Origin: Methanosphaerula subterraneus | GTDB lineage: Archaea > Halobacteriota > Methanomicrobia > Methanomicrobiales > Methanospirillaceae | Reading direction: 5' to 3' | NCBI RefSeq assembly: GCF_052055875.1 | Contig: NZ_CP170508.1 | Coordinates: 1,300,177-1,332,176 of the forward strand | DNA length: 32,000 bases | Shown: positions 1 through 8,840 of the stretch, in pieces | Layout of the letters: each line of letters opens with the position of its first letter | Numbering within the stretch: position 1 is the stretch's first letter | Made by a program: the position numbers and the translations under genes | The notes under the pieces: generated by a model | Told to the model about the DNA's origin: nothing | What the model saw: only the letters and a program-made list of their open reading frames with translations | The model's database searches: none

Positions 1-351
1 TGCACCCCAGTAGTAGACGCCGAAGTACCAGTCCCGAACCACGATGTTGCGAACACTCACATTGCTCAGTGTGGACGCGCCGTGTACGAGCACACCGCAC
101 GAGTTGCCGGCATCTTTTCCTGAGATCACGTGCCCGTTTCCTTCAAGCGTTACGTCAGAGGACCGGATCTCAATACAGACCGGTTCGCTGGTGCTGGTGA
201 TATCCTTCTGCAGTACATAGGTTCCGGGGCTGTCGATCACAACCGGGCCGGTCACGTCGACCGCCGATACCGGAGAGACGAGGAGCAGCCCGGCAACGAG
301 CAGTCCCAGCACCACGCCAATTGTTATTCTGGTTCTCAAATTCCCGTTCAT
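1..351 (-). CDS. Secreted right-handed parallel beta-helix (NosD-like) repeat protein, N-terminal part only (gene runs off the window start)
   Basis: Absent from the ORF track because it is open at the window edge. My reverse-complement translation from ATG 351..349 gives MNGNLRTRITIGVVLGLLVAGLLLVSPVSA/VDVTGPVVIDSPGTYVLQKDITSTSEPVCIEIRSSDVTLEGNGHVISGKDAGNSCGVLVHGASTLSNVSVRNIVVRDWYFGVYYWGA, with no stop down to base 1. It has a signal peptide ending VSA, then the SPGTYVL..DI / V.L.GNGH.I.G / V.N..V pattern typical of archaeal beta-helix surface proteins. Confidence 0.55.
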   Translation of the reverse strand, partial: MNGNLRTRITIGVVLGLLVAGLLLVSPVSAVDVTGPVVIDSPGTYVLQKDITSTSEPVCIEIRSSDVTLEGNGHVISGKDAGNSCGVLVHGASTLSNVSVRNIVVRDWYFGVYYWGA

Positions 352-568
352 CTTCACTCCAGATGCGCTTGCCTGTACATGAATATAAGAGTCACTGGAA
401 AAACCTCAAAAGAATACCAGTGAGAATATATCAGTATTTGTTACCCGCGCATATTAGTGTTATGATTTTACCAACACCCCAGATCTCATAGAATAGAGCA
501 AAATATTCGATATTTAAAGGAATTATGAGAATATTGACGAGATATGAGACTGAACACTGCGCCAGGAA

Positions 569-1132
569 TCACTGACCGGAGAGGCGACTGCTGATCTCAC
601 GGGTGAGGAGATCCATCGCCTCGAGTTCACGCGGACCGCCACAACGCCGGACGATTGCATGGTGATGATCGATCAACTGCTTCAGCCAGGGATCCCTGGT
701 GACGCAGTACCTGGTCGCGTGCACCGTAGCCTCTATCACGCTGGAGAAACCGCGATTCACCGGATAGACCTGCAGATCGCAGATCTCTTCGGCGATCGGG
801 ATCAGGTTCACCAGCAGCGTCGCCCCGGCCTTCCGGACCACCTCCACCGAGAAGGCTGCCCAGGCCTCGGCATCGGCCAGCCGGCACATGCTGATCCCGC
901 CGGCTGTGAACTGCAGAAACGCCTCAGGCGCCGGATCAGAGAACGCAGTCTGGACATAGAGGACCGGATCATGGGTCAGGTTCGCAACAAGCCAGCGGTC
1001 CCGCTCGACCAGTTCCGCCGTATGGCTCGTCAGGTACAGCGCCGCCTGCAGGGTACCTGCACGTGCAATGACCCCGACCGGAGCGGCGTTCATCGCGGTG
1101 GTCGCAATCACCTCGTTGATCCCCTCCCTCAT
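569..1132 (-). CDS. DUF447-family (FMN-binding split-barrel-like) protein, of the kind genetically linked to tetrahydromethanopterin biosynthesis
   Basis: Track ORF is 569..1225. I prefer the internal ATG at 1132 (MREGINEVIATTAMNAAPVGV...). It overlaps the upstream stop as TGATG (plus strand catca at 1130..1134). The 31 residues upstream are Arg/Gly-rich and would overlap the CitG-like gene. The EGINEVIATT..NAAPVGV motif resembles DUF447. Confidence 0.7.
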   Translation of the reverse strand: MREGINEVIATTAMNAAPVGVIARAGTLQAALYLTSHTAELVERDRWLVANLTHDPVLYVQTAFSDPAPEAFLQFTAGGISMCRLADAEAWAAFSVEVVRKAGATLLVNLIPIAEEICDLQVYPVNRGFSSVIEATVHATRYCVTRDPWLKQLIDHHHAIVRRCGGPRELEAMDLLTREISSRLSGQ

Positions 1133-1935
1133 CAGCCCCACTGCCAGCCCTCCCCGAGCGCCGTATAGATCGCAGCGATCGTGATATCGGCGAGTGAACC
1201 GGGATTGACCTTCTCCTGTATACACCAGGCGTCGAGCGATTCGACGGACTTCTGCCCCCGCAGGACCTCGGCTGCCATCAACCGGGTCTGTTCGGCCTTC
1301 GCCCGCCCGAACTTCTTGACGATGAAGGAGTCCTGCTCGGTGGCGAGCAGGTTCAGAAACGCCGCCGGGATCGCAGAGCGCGCGTCATCCGATGCGAGCA
1401 GGAGGTCTGCGGTGCGCCGGGTCAGGGTGAATCCGTTCACCCACTCGCGGGCGACCATGTCCTTCTCTGCAGAGTAGACCATCAGGTCGTAGAGGGTCAT
1501 CCCCCGGGCATGAATCTGCTCTGTAGCAGCCGGGTCATGCACATCGAGTTCGTCCTCGGCACAGACCCGCACCTCGGTCATCCCGAACGCACGATAGAAC
1601 TCGATCGCGTCCTGGACCGTCGTCGTTCCGATCTCCCGGGCCGCCCCGGGGATATCGCCCCCACAGACCAGCGGCATCAGCAGGATGAACGCACCGAAAT
1701 GGGTATTTCCCCCCCGATGGGAGGAGGTGGCCTGCACGGCCTCGCGGATCAGCGTACCGATCCCGGCAGCCCGCCGCTCCGCCCGCTCGAGGACGGGCCT
1801 GACCATCAGGGTCGACGCGAGGAAGTGTTCCAGCCGGGTGTCAGGATAGTCATGGCAGCGGTCGACATTCCCCGGCTTGGGGGAGGCACAGACCTCGAGC
1901 ATCATCGCCAGCTGCGCCTGCTCAGCCAGGCTCAC
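1132..1935 (-). CDS. CitG/MdcB-family triphosphoribosyl-dephospho-CoA synthase-like protein
   Basis: 267-aa ORF. The N-terminal EVCASPKPGNVDRCHDYPDTRLEHFLAS matches the CitG hallmark (E...pKPGlVd....H.Dm....F..S). Its start lies 3 nt downstream of the preceding gene, and its stop overlaps the next start. Confidence 0.8.
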   Translation of the reverse strand: MSLAEQAQLAMMLEVCASPKPGNVDRCHDYPDTRLEHFLASTLMVRPVLERAERRAAGIGTLIREAVQATSSHRGGNTHFGAFILLMPLVCGGDIPGAAREIGTTTVQDAIEFYRAFGMTEVRVCAEDELDVHDPAATEQIHARGMTLYDLMVYSAEKDMVAREWVNGFTLTRRTADLLLASDDARSAIPAAFLNLLATEQDSFIVKKFGRAKAEQTRLMAAEVLRGQKSVESLDAWCIQEKVNPGSLADITIAAIYTALGEGWQWG

Positions 1936-1938
1936 CCG

Positions 1939-3057
1939 TTACACCTCATCAAAGATCCGGTCCATCAGCCTGTCGGCGAGCCGATGCTTGTAGCGCATAT
2001 AGTCCTTCTTGGTGAGACCGATCTGCTGGATCGTCATGTCCCTGAACATGCAGGGGGATGACGACTTGCAGCACCAGGCCAGCGACCCGAAACAGGTGTG
2101 GTTCCCCTCCTTGAGCGGAGTTGCCTCGACTCCCTGCTGCTTGAATTGCTGGTACTCGTCCCGGGTCATCCCGATCTTCTCCAGCATCGGGAGGAGCGGA
2201 CAGTCCTTGACCGGCATACAGCAGAAGGTCAGGGCACGAATATCCCCGCCCCTGCAGAGCTGCTTGGGGGAGTTGTACCACCCCTCCTCATCGGCGTACC
2301 GGGTGATCGCGGCATCGAGGCCGGCGAGGGTCCGTTCATCGGCCTGCCGTGCCAGCGAGACGAGATCCGCTCCATGGGTGAACATGTCGCGCATCTTGTC
2401 GAAGGTGGTGATGGAGTTGTTGGCGATCAGCGTCAGCGGACAGGAGTTCCTGATCTGCCGGAGCTTGGAGTAGCCGTAGTCCATCAGGTCCACGTGCAGG
2501 ATATCGGCCCCGGCCTTCCAGAGCCGTTTCGCCAGCACACGGTCATCGAGGACGACGCCGGCCCGGATCTTCACTGAGACCACAACCCCGTTCTTCTTCA
2601 GAGCGCGGATGATCGCATCGAGTTTGTCCGGATGTTCGAGCAGGTACTGCCCTGCGCCGGCCTCCATCATCTCCGGCTGGCGACAGTGGGCATCGACCTC
2701 GTAGATCACCCGGGTTCCGAACGCTTCGGCGATGCGCGCGAACGCTTCAGGGGTCGACCCGCGGAGGTTCAGACCGATCACCAGGTCCGATCCTTCCAGC
2801 AGTTTGAGCTCCTCTGACAGTGCCTCCACCGGGTCCAGATAGATGAACTCGGTCCGTCCCTGCGCAACCAGCCTCTCTGATGCCTCCATCGTCGGTTGAT
2901 CGATGGAGAATCCGCCAAGAAATGCAACACCGACATGGGCCGCCCGGGCTGCCGCATATGCACCATCGACCACCCCGGCCATCGATGCCAGGGCCACCGG
3001 AGTCTTGACGACCTGACCATTGATCAGGAGTTCGAATCGCTCATACTGCTCGCTCAT
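1939..3057 (-). CDS. TIM-barrel flavin-oxidoreductase-like protein (DUS/DHOD-like N-domain) with an 8-Cys C-terminal domain; exact function unknown
   Basis: 372-aa ORF. The N-terminal part (VALASMAGVVDG..., SVKIRAG, ADILHVD, IANNSI) resembles FMN-dependent TIM barrels. The C-terminal ~90 aa carry C..CC....C......C....CC....C, which could bind a metal or Fe-S cluster. It is packed tightly in an operon with the CitG-like and DUF447 genes. Confidence 0.7.
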   Translation of the reverse strand: MSEQYERFELLINGQVVKTPVALASMAGVVDGAYAAARAAHVGVAFLGGFSIDQPTMEASERLVAQGRTEFIYLDPVEALSEELKLLEGSDLVIGLNLRGSTPEAFARIAEAFGTRVIYEVDAHCRQPEMMEAGAGQYLLEHPDKLDAIIRALKKNGVVVSVKIRAGVVLDDRVLAKRLWKAGADILHVDLMDYGYSKLRQIRNSCPLTLIANNSITTFDKMRDMFTHGADLVSLARQADERTLAGLDAAITRYADEEGWYNSPKQLCRGGDIRALTFCCMPVKDCPLLPMLEKIGMTRDEYQQFKQQGVEATPLKEGNHTCFGSLAWCCKSSSPCMFRDMTIQQIGLTKKDYMRYKHRLADRLMDRIFDEV

Positions 3058-3099
3058 GTGGTGATACTCATTAGGTTTTTGGTGACATAGTATTTTGGG

Positions 3100-3552
3100 T
3101 CAGAGGGAGAGGAGGGTGTACCCCTCTTTGGACCGCTGCAGCGGTATCTCCGCCCTGCACTCCTCGATGGAGATCCCCGGGCAGGTCCCGTATGCAGAGA
3201 TCACCTTCTCCCAGGGGACCAGGTAGGCCTCGTTCGCCTTTCCCGGCCCTGGTCGGAACTCGACGGCCAGGTATCCCCGTCGGCCGGTCTTCTTCATGAA
3301 CGCGGAGATCCCGTCGACCTGGTGGACATTGTGCTTGTCGGCATGGAAGTGCTGGGAAAAGTAGACCTTCTTCCCCTGCAGGGACTTGCACTCCACCGAG
3401 AGGTAATACTTCGGATCGAGCGAGTCGACCAGCACGTCCACGTACTGCATATTGAATTTCTGCTGCTTGAGCCGGTAGGCAAACCCCTGCAGCCCCTTCT
3501 CGGCGAAGTACCGGTTGAAGCAGTGAACCACCTCCCGCTCGAAGTCTCCCAT
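3100..3552 (-). CDS. Hjc-like PD-(D/E)xK nuclease (archaeal Holliday-junction-resolvase family)
   Basis: 150-aa ORF. FEREVV...AEKGLQGFAYRL...YVDVLVDS...YLSVECKS...GYLAVEFR follows the Hjc pattern ERE..L...GF...R...VDL.A...Y.IEVK...LAVKF, including the D...E-x-K catalytic arrangement. Confidence 0.55.
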   Translation of the reverse strand: MGDFEREVVHCFNRYFAEKGLQGFAYRLKQQKFNMQYVDVLVDSLDPKYYLSVECKSLQGKKVYFSQHFHADKHNVHQVDGISAFMKKTGRRGYLAVEFRPGPGKANEAYLVPWEKVISAYGTCPGISIEECRAEIPLQRSKEGYTLLSL

Positions 3553-3610
3553 ACATAATTATTCGTCCCCTGATCAAAAAAAACGGATTGGTAATATTTT
3601 TTAGATCAGA
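3553..3610. promoter_or_regulatory. AT-rich divergent promoter region between the Hjc-like gene and cfbA
   Basis: A8 run at 3576..3583 (T8 on the minus strand, about 25-30 nt upstream of the minus-strand ATG at 3552). taatatttttta at 3592..3603 lies upstream of the cfbA start candidates at 3611 and 3629. These are TATA-box-like elements in an otherwise GC-rich sequence. Confidence 0.4.
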
Positions 3611-4030
3611 ATGGGTACACAGTACTACATGAGTACCAAAGGATTACTACTGGTCGGACACGGCTCCAAGTTACAATATAATAAAGAACTGATCCTCGAG
3701 ACCGGGAAGATGATCGCTGCAAAGTCCTCAGAGTATATGGTAAAGTGCGGATTCATGTCGATGAACGAGCCGAGCGTCGAGGATATGCTCGAGGAGTTCT
3801 CACACGCATCCATCGACGTCCTCGTCGTGGTACCCCTCTTTCTGGCAAAGGGCATCCATATCGAGAAGGACATTCCCGCCCTGCTCGGCCTCCCCGAGGG
3901 GGGACGGAAGGGAACATTCAAGCTCGACAGCGGGACCGTCCCGCTGGTCTATGCTGAGCCGATCGGGGTCGACCCGCTGCTCGCCGACCTGATGCTGAAG
4001 AATGCCGAGAACGCACTGAAGCTGGTCTGA
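3611..4030 (+). CDS. cfbA: Small CbiX-type sirohydrochlorin chelatase (Ni-chelatase CfbA / CbiXS)
   Basis: About 135 aa. GLLLVGHGSK ... VVPLFLAKGIHIEKDIP is the small CbiX signature, and the gene is first in an operon with cfbE/D/B homologues. An alternative start at ATG 3629 (MSTKGLLLVGHGS) would be leaderless relative to the TATA-like box. Confidence 0.8.
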   Translation: MGTQYYMSTKGLLLVGHGSKLQYNKELILETGKMIAAKSSEYMVKCGFMSMNEPSVEDMLEEFSHASIDVLVVVPLFLAKGIHIEKDIPALLGLPEGGRKGTFKLDSGTVPLVYAEPIGVDPLLADLMLKNAENALKLV

Positions 4031-4037
4031 ACCCGGT

Positions 4038-5243
4038 ATGCGCCTCCTTGTGCTGGATACGATTCACGGCGGCGGAGTGATCGCCGCCTCGCTCGCTGCA
4101 CAGGGGCACCAGGTAGACGCAGTGGACGTGTACCGCGGGGAAGACGGGATCCCGGCAGAGGTGGCGAGGGAACGGCAGTATGACCTGCTGATCGCGCCCG
4201 TCCACCTCGACCCGGCCCACCCCCTGCTCCACCACCATCGGTGTCCGGCGATCACCCACCACCAGGCGGTCAGGTGGATCCTCGGCGACCGGGTGCCTCA
4301 CCCGTTCATCGAGGTGACCGGGGCTCAGGGAAAGACGACGACCGCAACGGCCCTGGCCTCGGTGATGGAGGGTCCGGGGATCCTCCACACCTCGACGGGG
4401 ACCTACCAGTACCCGGAACGGACGCGCCTCTTCCAGTCGAGCATCACCCCGGCCTCAGAGATTGCTGCGGCAGAGGCCGCGCTGGCGATCGGCGGCTGGC
4501 TGATCGCAGAGGTCTCGCTCGGGGTGACCGGGGCCGGCGACCTGGCCGTGCTCACCTCAGGAAATGATTACCGGTGTGCGGCAGGGGCGCGGTCGGCGAT
4601 TGACGAGAAGATCCGGTCTATCGCCGCAGCGCCGGCTGTTGTCGTGCCCCACGAGGTACAGACCGGCCATCGGCACCAGGTCAGCGTCGACCAGGTGGCC
4701 ACGATCAGCAAAGACGAGTGCCGGTTCGCCTACCTGGATGAGGTCGGCCGCTTCAGAAACCCCCTCCTTCTTCTTCCCGCCTACCAGACCCCGCTAGCCC
4801 TGGCGACCACCGCGGCCCTGATCCTCGGCCAGGACCCGTCCCGGCTCGAAGGGTTTGAACCGCTCGCCGGGAGGATGAAGATCAGCAACCGCGGTACGAC
4901 CCTGATCGTGGACAATGCGAACAGCGGGGTCAGCAGGTCCACGACCCGGGAGGCCGTGGACCTGGCCCGCCGCCTGAACCCGGAGAAACCGGTGACCCTG
5001 GTGATCGGGGAGGAAGCCCACGCCGTCTGCGAGGGGTTCCCCCCCGAGGGGATCAGGGCGACGATCAGAGAGACCGGGCCGGCAACGGTGGTGCTGGTCG
5101 GGGAGACGGCCAGAGCGATACAGTCCGGCCTGCCGGAAGGCCGGGTCGGGGTAGCGGAGACGCTCGATGGGGCGATGCCGATGGCAGAGAAACTGACACC
5201 ACAGGGAGGCTCCATCGTCCTCGCTGTGAAGATGTGGAGATGA
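4038..5243 (+). CDS. cfbE: Mur-ligase-like coenzyme F430 synthetase
   Basis: 401 aa. IEVTGAQGKTTTATALA is the Mur-ligase P-loop (TG..GKTT). The gene lies between cfbA and cfbD homologues with gaps of 7 nt and 3 nt. Confidence 0.8.
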   Translation: MRLLVLDTIHGGGVIAASLAAQGHQVDAVDVYRGEDGIPAEVARERQYDLLIAPVHLDPAHPLLHHHRCPAITHHQAVRWILGDRVPHPFIEVTGAQGKTTTATALASVMEGPGILHTSTGTYQYPERTRLFQSSITPASEIAAAEAALAIGGWLIAEVSLGVTGAGDLAVLTSGNDYRCAAGARSAIDEKIRSIAAAPAVVVPHEVQTGHRHQVSVDQVATISKDECRFAYLDEVGRFRNPLLLLPAYQTPLALATTAALILGQDPSRLEGFEPLAGRMKISNRGTTLIVDNANSGVSRSTTREAVDLARRLNPEKPVTLVIGEEAHAVCEGFPPEGIRATIRETGPATVVLVGETARAIQSGLPEGRVGVAETLDGAMPMAEKLTPQGGSIVLAVKMWR

Positions 5244-5246
5244 CCT

Positions 5247-6305
5247 ATGGACTATATCCAACCAAGACCAAGTTCAATCGTAGCGGCGCTCTATACAGCC
5301 AGGGATCTGAAGGTCGATGTCGCGATCCTGCACGGCCCTTCAGGATGCTCATTCAAACACGCCCGGCTGCTGGAGGAGGATGGGATGCGGGTGCTGACCA
5401 CCTCGCTCGCAGACAACGAGTTCATCTTCGGCGGCCAGGAGGCGCTGGAGCGGGTGCTCATCCATGCCGAGAAAACCTTCCACCCGAAGAGGATGGCGGT
5501 GATCGGCACCTGTGTCTCGATGATCATCGGGGAGGACCTCCAGTCTGCGCTGCATGCGACGACGGTCCCCTCGATCGCGGTCGACGTCCATGCCGGGTTC
5601 AAGGAGAACATCGAAGGCGTGATCCTCACCCTGGTCGCCGCCGCAGAGGCCGGGTGGATCAGCGCCGAGGAACTGGCACGGCAGCGGCGACTGCTGGCCG
5701 CGGCCAATGAGGTCGAACGGCTCCGCGGGGCCGCGAGCAGGAGTTATATCGAACCTGAACGCGGGGACCTGAAGCATACGGCGGCACAGCGGCTCCTCGA
5801 ACTGGCCACCAGCGGGGCCCGCGGGATGGCCATCATGAACGCCAAGAAGGAGACGGCCTACATGTTCGCCGATGAACTGCTCGCCCTCCACGAGGTGGCG
5901 CCGGACGCACCCATCCGTTACCTGGCCAACCTCGAACAGCGCGGCCTCCCCAAGGTCCGATTGGATGCGGAGCGGATCCTCCAGGGGCTGGAGGCAGGAG
6001 GGCTGACCCCGGAACTGGTCGGGGCGCTGGATGAGTACGGGGCCCTCGGCGACCAGATCGGGGAGGAGATCGAACGGACGAACCCAGACTTCGTGCTGCT
6101 CGTCGGGGTTCCGCATGCCGTCCCTGCCCGGTATACCGAGGGGCGGGAGGTCTTCTCGATAACGAACGGCCCCCGACAGGTGGCCCCGCTCCGGGAGTTG
6201 GGGCACCAGCACGTGCTCGTCGAGGTGGACCTGCACCCAAAGACTTTAGGCGTCCGCTCCATCGTGGAGAGCGAGTTCGGGGCGGTGCTGAGGTCCCTGG
6301 TATGA
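5247..6305 (+). CDS. cfbD: Nitrogenase NifD/K-like (NflD) component of Ni-sirohydrochlorin a,c-diamide reductive cyclase
   Basis: 352 aa. The N-terminus ILHGPSGCSFKHARLLEEDG...FIFGG...AVIGTCVSMIIGEDL is typical of nitrogenase component-1-type oxidoreductases. Its stop overlaps the cfbB start (ATGA at 6302..6305). Confidence 0.8.
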   Translation: MDYIQPRPSSIVAALYTARDLKVDVAILHGPSGCSFKHARLLEEDGMRVLTTSLADNEFIFGGQEALERVLIHAEKTFHPKRMAVIGTCVSMIIGEDLQSALHATTVPSIAVDVHAGFKENIEGVILTLVAAAEAGWISAEELARQRRLLAAANEVERLRGAASRSYIEPERGDLKHTAAQRLLELATSGARGMAIMNAKKETAYMFADELLALHEVAPDAPIRYLANLEQRGLPKVRLDAERILQGLEAGGLTPELVGALDEYGALGDQIGEEIERTNPDFVLLVGVPHAVPARYTEGREVFSITNGPRQVAPLRELGHQHVLVEVDLHPKTLGVRSIVESEFGAVLRSLV

Positions 6306-7684
6306 AGACGCTGCTGATCGCCGGCGACCGGTCCGGGAGCGGCAAGACCTCGATCACCCTCGCGCTGGCGGCGCTGCTCAGGAAACGATTCGTCGTCCAG
6401 ACCTTCAAGGTCGGGATGGACTACATCGACCCTTCGTACCTGACCGGGGTGACGAGCCGGCCCTGCAGAAACCTGGACGGGTACGTGATGACCGCCGACG
6501 AGATCCAGGGGATCTACAATCACGGCTGCCAGGGGGCCGAGGTGGCCCTGGTCGAGGGGGTCCGGGGGCTCTACGAGGGGGCGGAGGCCCTCTCCAACAA
6601 GGGCTCGACCGCCGAGGTGGCCAGGCTGCTCGACCTGAACGTGGTGCTGGTGATCAATGCCCGCTCGATCACCAGGAGCGCGGCCGCGATCGTCAAGGGG
6701 TTCATGGCCTTCGACCCTGAGGTGAAGATCTGCGGGGTGATCCTCAACAATGTGATGGGGGAGCGGCACCGGGAAAAGGCTGTCGCCGCCATCGAGCACT
6801 ACTGCGGGGTGCCGGTGATCGGAGCGATCCCGAGGCTCGAGGAGATGCATCTCGCCATGCGCCACCTAGGGCTGGTCCCATACCGGGAAGGGCAGGAAGG
6901 AACCGAGTTTTGCGATCGAATCCAGGCGATCACCGATCTGATCGGGCAGTACGTCTCGATCGATCGTCTCCTCGAACTGGCCGGCGACGTCACGCCCGCC
7001 CCGTCTCCGGCGTACCTCCTCCCTGCAACCGAGCAGGACCTGACGATCGGGGTGGCCTACGACGAGGCCTTCAACTTCTACTATGCCGAGCTCTTCGACA
7101 TCCTCGCCGCCGGGGGGGCCGGGGTCGTCCGGTTCAGCCCGATCCACGACGCCCTCCCGAAAGCCGACGGCTACATCTTCGGCGGCGGGTACCCCGAACT
7201 CTTCGGGGCCGAGTTGGAGGCGAACACCCGGATACGGGAGGCTGTCAAAGCCGCGGCTCTGGCCGGGACGCCGATCTATGCCGAGTGCGGAGGGCTGATG
7301 TACCTGACCGAGGCGATCGTGCTGAAGGAGGGGTGGCAGCAGAGCACCAGGGAGCAGGTCTTCCGGATGTGCGGGGTCTATGCCGGCACCACCGCGATGC
7401 CGGCTGCCCGCGTGGTCACCTATGTCGAAGGAAGCAGCGCCGCCGATTCCCCGATGGGAGCGTATCCCTTCAGGGGTCATGCGTTCCACTACTCTGACGT
7501 GGACCTAGCCCCAGAGACCCGGTACGCCTACACCCTGACCAGGGGGGTGGGGATCACCGGGAACGCCGACGGTGCCCTCTCTAACAACACGCTCGGGGCC
7601 TACTGCCATCTGCACCCGGTCAGCAGCAGGGAGATGTTCGCGGCCTTTCTCCGGACCTGCAGGGCCGCCCGGACTGAAGCGTAA
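6302..7684 (+). CDS. cfbB: Cobyrinate/Ni-sirohydrochlorin a,c-diamide synthase (CbiA/CobB family; CfbB by context)
   Basis: 460 aa. It has the P-loop IAGDRSGSGKTSITLALA, a C-terminal glutamine-amidotransferase domain with nucleophile motif YAECGGLMYL, and translational coupling to cfbD. CfbB versus the cobamide paralogue CbiA cannot be told apart by eye; genomic context favours CfbB. Confidence 0.75.
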   Translation: MKTLLIAGDRSGSGKTSITLALAALLRKRFVVQTFKVGMDYIDPSYLTGVTSRPCRNLDGYVMTADEIQGIYNHGCQGAEVALVEGVRGLYEGAEALSNKGSTAEVARLLDLNVVLVINARSITRSAAAIVKGFMAFDPEVKICGVILNNVMGERHREKAVAAIEHYCGVPVIGAIPRLEEMHLAMRHLGLVPYREGQEGTEFCDRIQAITDLIGQYVSIDRLLELAGDVTPAPSPAYLLPATEQDLTIGVAYDEAFNFYYAELFDILAAGGAGVVRFSPIHDALPKADGYIFGGGYPELFGAELEANTRIREAVKAAALAGTPIYAECGGLMYLTEAIVLKEGWQQSTREQVFRMCGVYAGTTAMPAARVVTYVEGSSAADSPMGAYPFRGHAFHYSDVDLAPETRYAYTLTRGVGITGNADGALSNNTLGAYCHLHPVSSREMFAAFLRTCRAARTEA

Positions 7685-7717
7685 AGGATACTAGATCATA
7701 CCCCCAATCCAGTAACT

Positions 7718-8584
7718 ATGATCATCTATCTCAATGGAGCATATGTCCCCAAGGAGGAGGCCACGGTTTCTGTTTTCGATCACGGTCTTCTCTACGGAGA
7801 CGGAGTCTTTGAGGGGATCCGGGCGTACAACGGTCGGATCTTCCGTCTTGAAGAGCACCTTGACCGGCTGTACGACTCGGCCAAGACAATCGACCTGAAG
7901 GTTCCCATCTCTAAGGAAGAGATGGCCGAGGCGATCAAGGAGACGATCCGGAAGAACAACCTCAAGGACTGTTACATCCGCCCGATCGTCACCCGCGGCA
8001 ACGGGGACCTCGGCCTCGACCCCCGCAAGTGCCCGGTTCCGACCGTGATTGTCATTGCGGTCGAATGGGGTGCGATGTACGGCGACCTGTACGAGAAGGG
8101 GCTGACCGCGATCACCGTCTCAGTCCGGCGGAACCCGGCCTCGGCACTCCCACCGAATGTGAAGAGTCTGAACTACCTGAACAATATCCTGGCCAAGATC
8201 GAGGCCAACTACAAGGGCGGCGATGAGGCGATCTTCTTCGACACCAACGGCTACCTGGCCGAGGGGTCGGGGGACAACATCTATGTCATCAAGAACGGCG
8301 TGCTCTTCGTCCCGCCGACCCTGAACAACCTGCGCGGGGTGACCAGGCTCGTCGTGCTGGAGCTGGCCGCGTCCCTCGGGTTCACGGTCAAGGAGCAGAA
8401 CATGGGGTACTTCGACCTGTACACCGCCGACGAGGTCTTCGTCACCGGCACAGCTGCAGAGGTCGCCCCGATTGTGACGATCGACGGCCGTTCGATCGGG
8501 AACGGGCGCCCCGGCCCGGTGACGTCCCAGATGATGAAGGCGTTCACCGCCGTCACTGATAAAGAAGGGACCCCGGTCTACTGA
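7718..8584 (+). CDS. ilvE: Branched-chain-amino-acid aminotransferase (fold-type IV PLP enzyme)
   Basis: 288 aa. [33 protein letters not shown] (PLP lysine region) and [12 protein letters not shown]...TGTAAEV are classic IlvE blocks. Confidence 0.9.
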   Translation: MIIYLNGAYVPKEEATVSVFDHGLLYGDGVFEGIRAYNGRIFRLEEHLDRLYDSAKTIDLKVPISKEEMAEAIKETIRKNNLKDCYIRPIVTRGNGDLGLDPRKCPVPTVIVIAVEWGAMYGDLYEKGLTAITVSVRRNPASALPPNVKSLNYLNNILAKIEANYKGGDEAIFFDTNGYLAEGSGDNIYVIKNGVLFVPPTLNNLRGVTRLVVLELAASLGFTVKEQNMGYFDLYTADEVFVTGTAAEVAPIVTIDGRSIGNGRPGPVTSQMMKAFTAVTDKEGTPVY

Positions 8585-8610
8585 TCCAGGGGGCCGGCAT
8601 CCACAACCTA

Positions 8611-8618
8611 TTTATTTT
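8611..8618 (+). terminator. Oligo-T tract downstream of ilvE
   Basis: tttatttt lies 27 nt after the ilvE stop. Archaeal terminators are oligo-T runs. Confidence 0.3.
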
Positions 8619-8644
8619 CGGGCGTGAGATTAAGTAGAGCAATC

Positions 8645-8719
<75 letters not shown>

Positions 8720-8724
8720 TTCTG

Positions 8725-8743
8725 TTTTTGGGTCAGGGTTTTT
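8725..8743 (+). terminator. Two T5 runs immediately downstream of the tRNA
   Basis: ttttt at 8725..8729 and at 8739..8743. Confidence 0.4.
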
Positions 8744-8812
8744 CTAAAGAGTTGTAACCCGGTTTATCATTCGTGTGGACATTCATCAGCAGGATCGATA
8801 GATAGCGACGAG

Positions 8813-8818
8813 AAAAAA
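8813..8818 (-). terminator. T6 run (minus strand) after the 959-aa gene
   Basis: After the stop, the minus strand reads GGCGGGAGAACCCTCTTCCCCCTTTTTTCTCG. The T6 run corresponds to plus-strand aaaaaa at 8813..8818. Confidence 0.4.
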
Positions 8819-8840
8819 GGGGGAAGAGGGTTCTCCCGCC

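Noticed and set aside
130-423. 97-aa plus-strand ORF at the window start
   Set aside because: It overlaps the minus-strand frame, which encodes a clean signal peptide plus beta-helix repeats and is open to the window edge. The plus-frame translation is low-complexity and Arg/His-rich.
352-568. AT-rich 217-bp spacer with recurring gaatat/atattc words as a possible small RNA or repeat element
   Set aside because: The words are short and irregularly spaced. The region is exactly where the promoter of the beta-helix gene and the 3' end of the DUF447 operon are expected. Nothing here goes beyond ordinary archaeal intergenic AT-richness.
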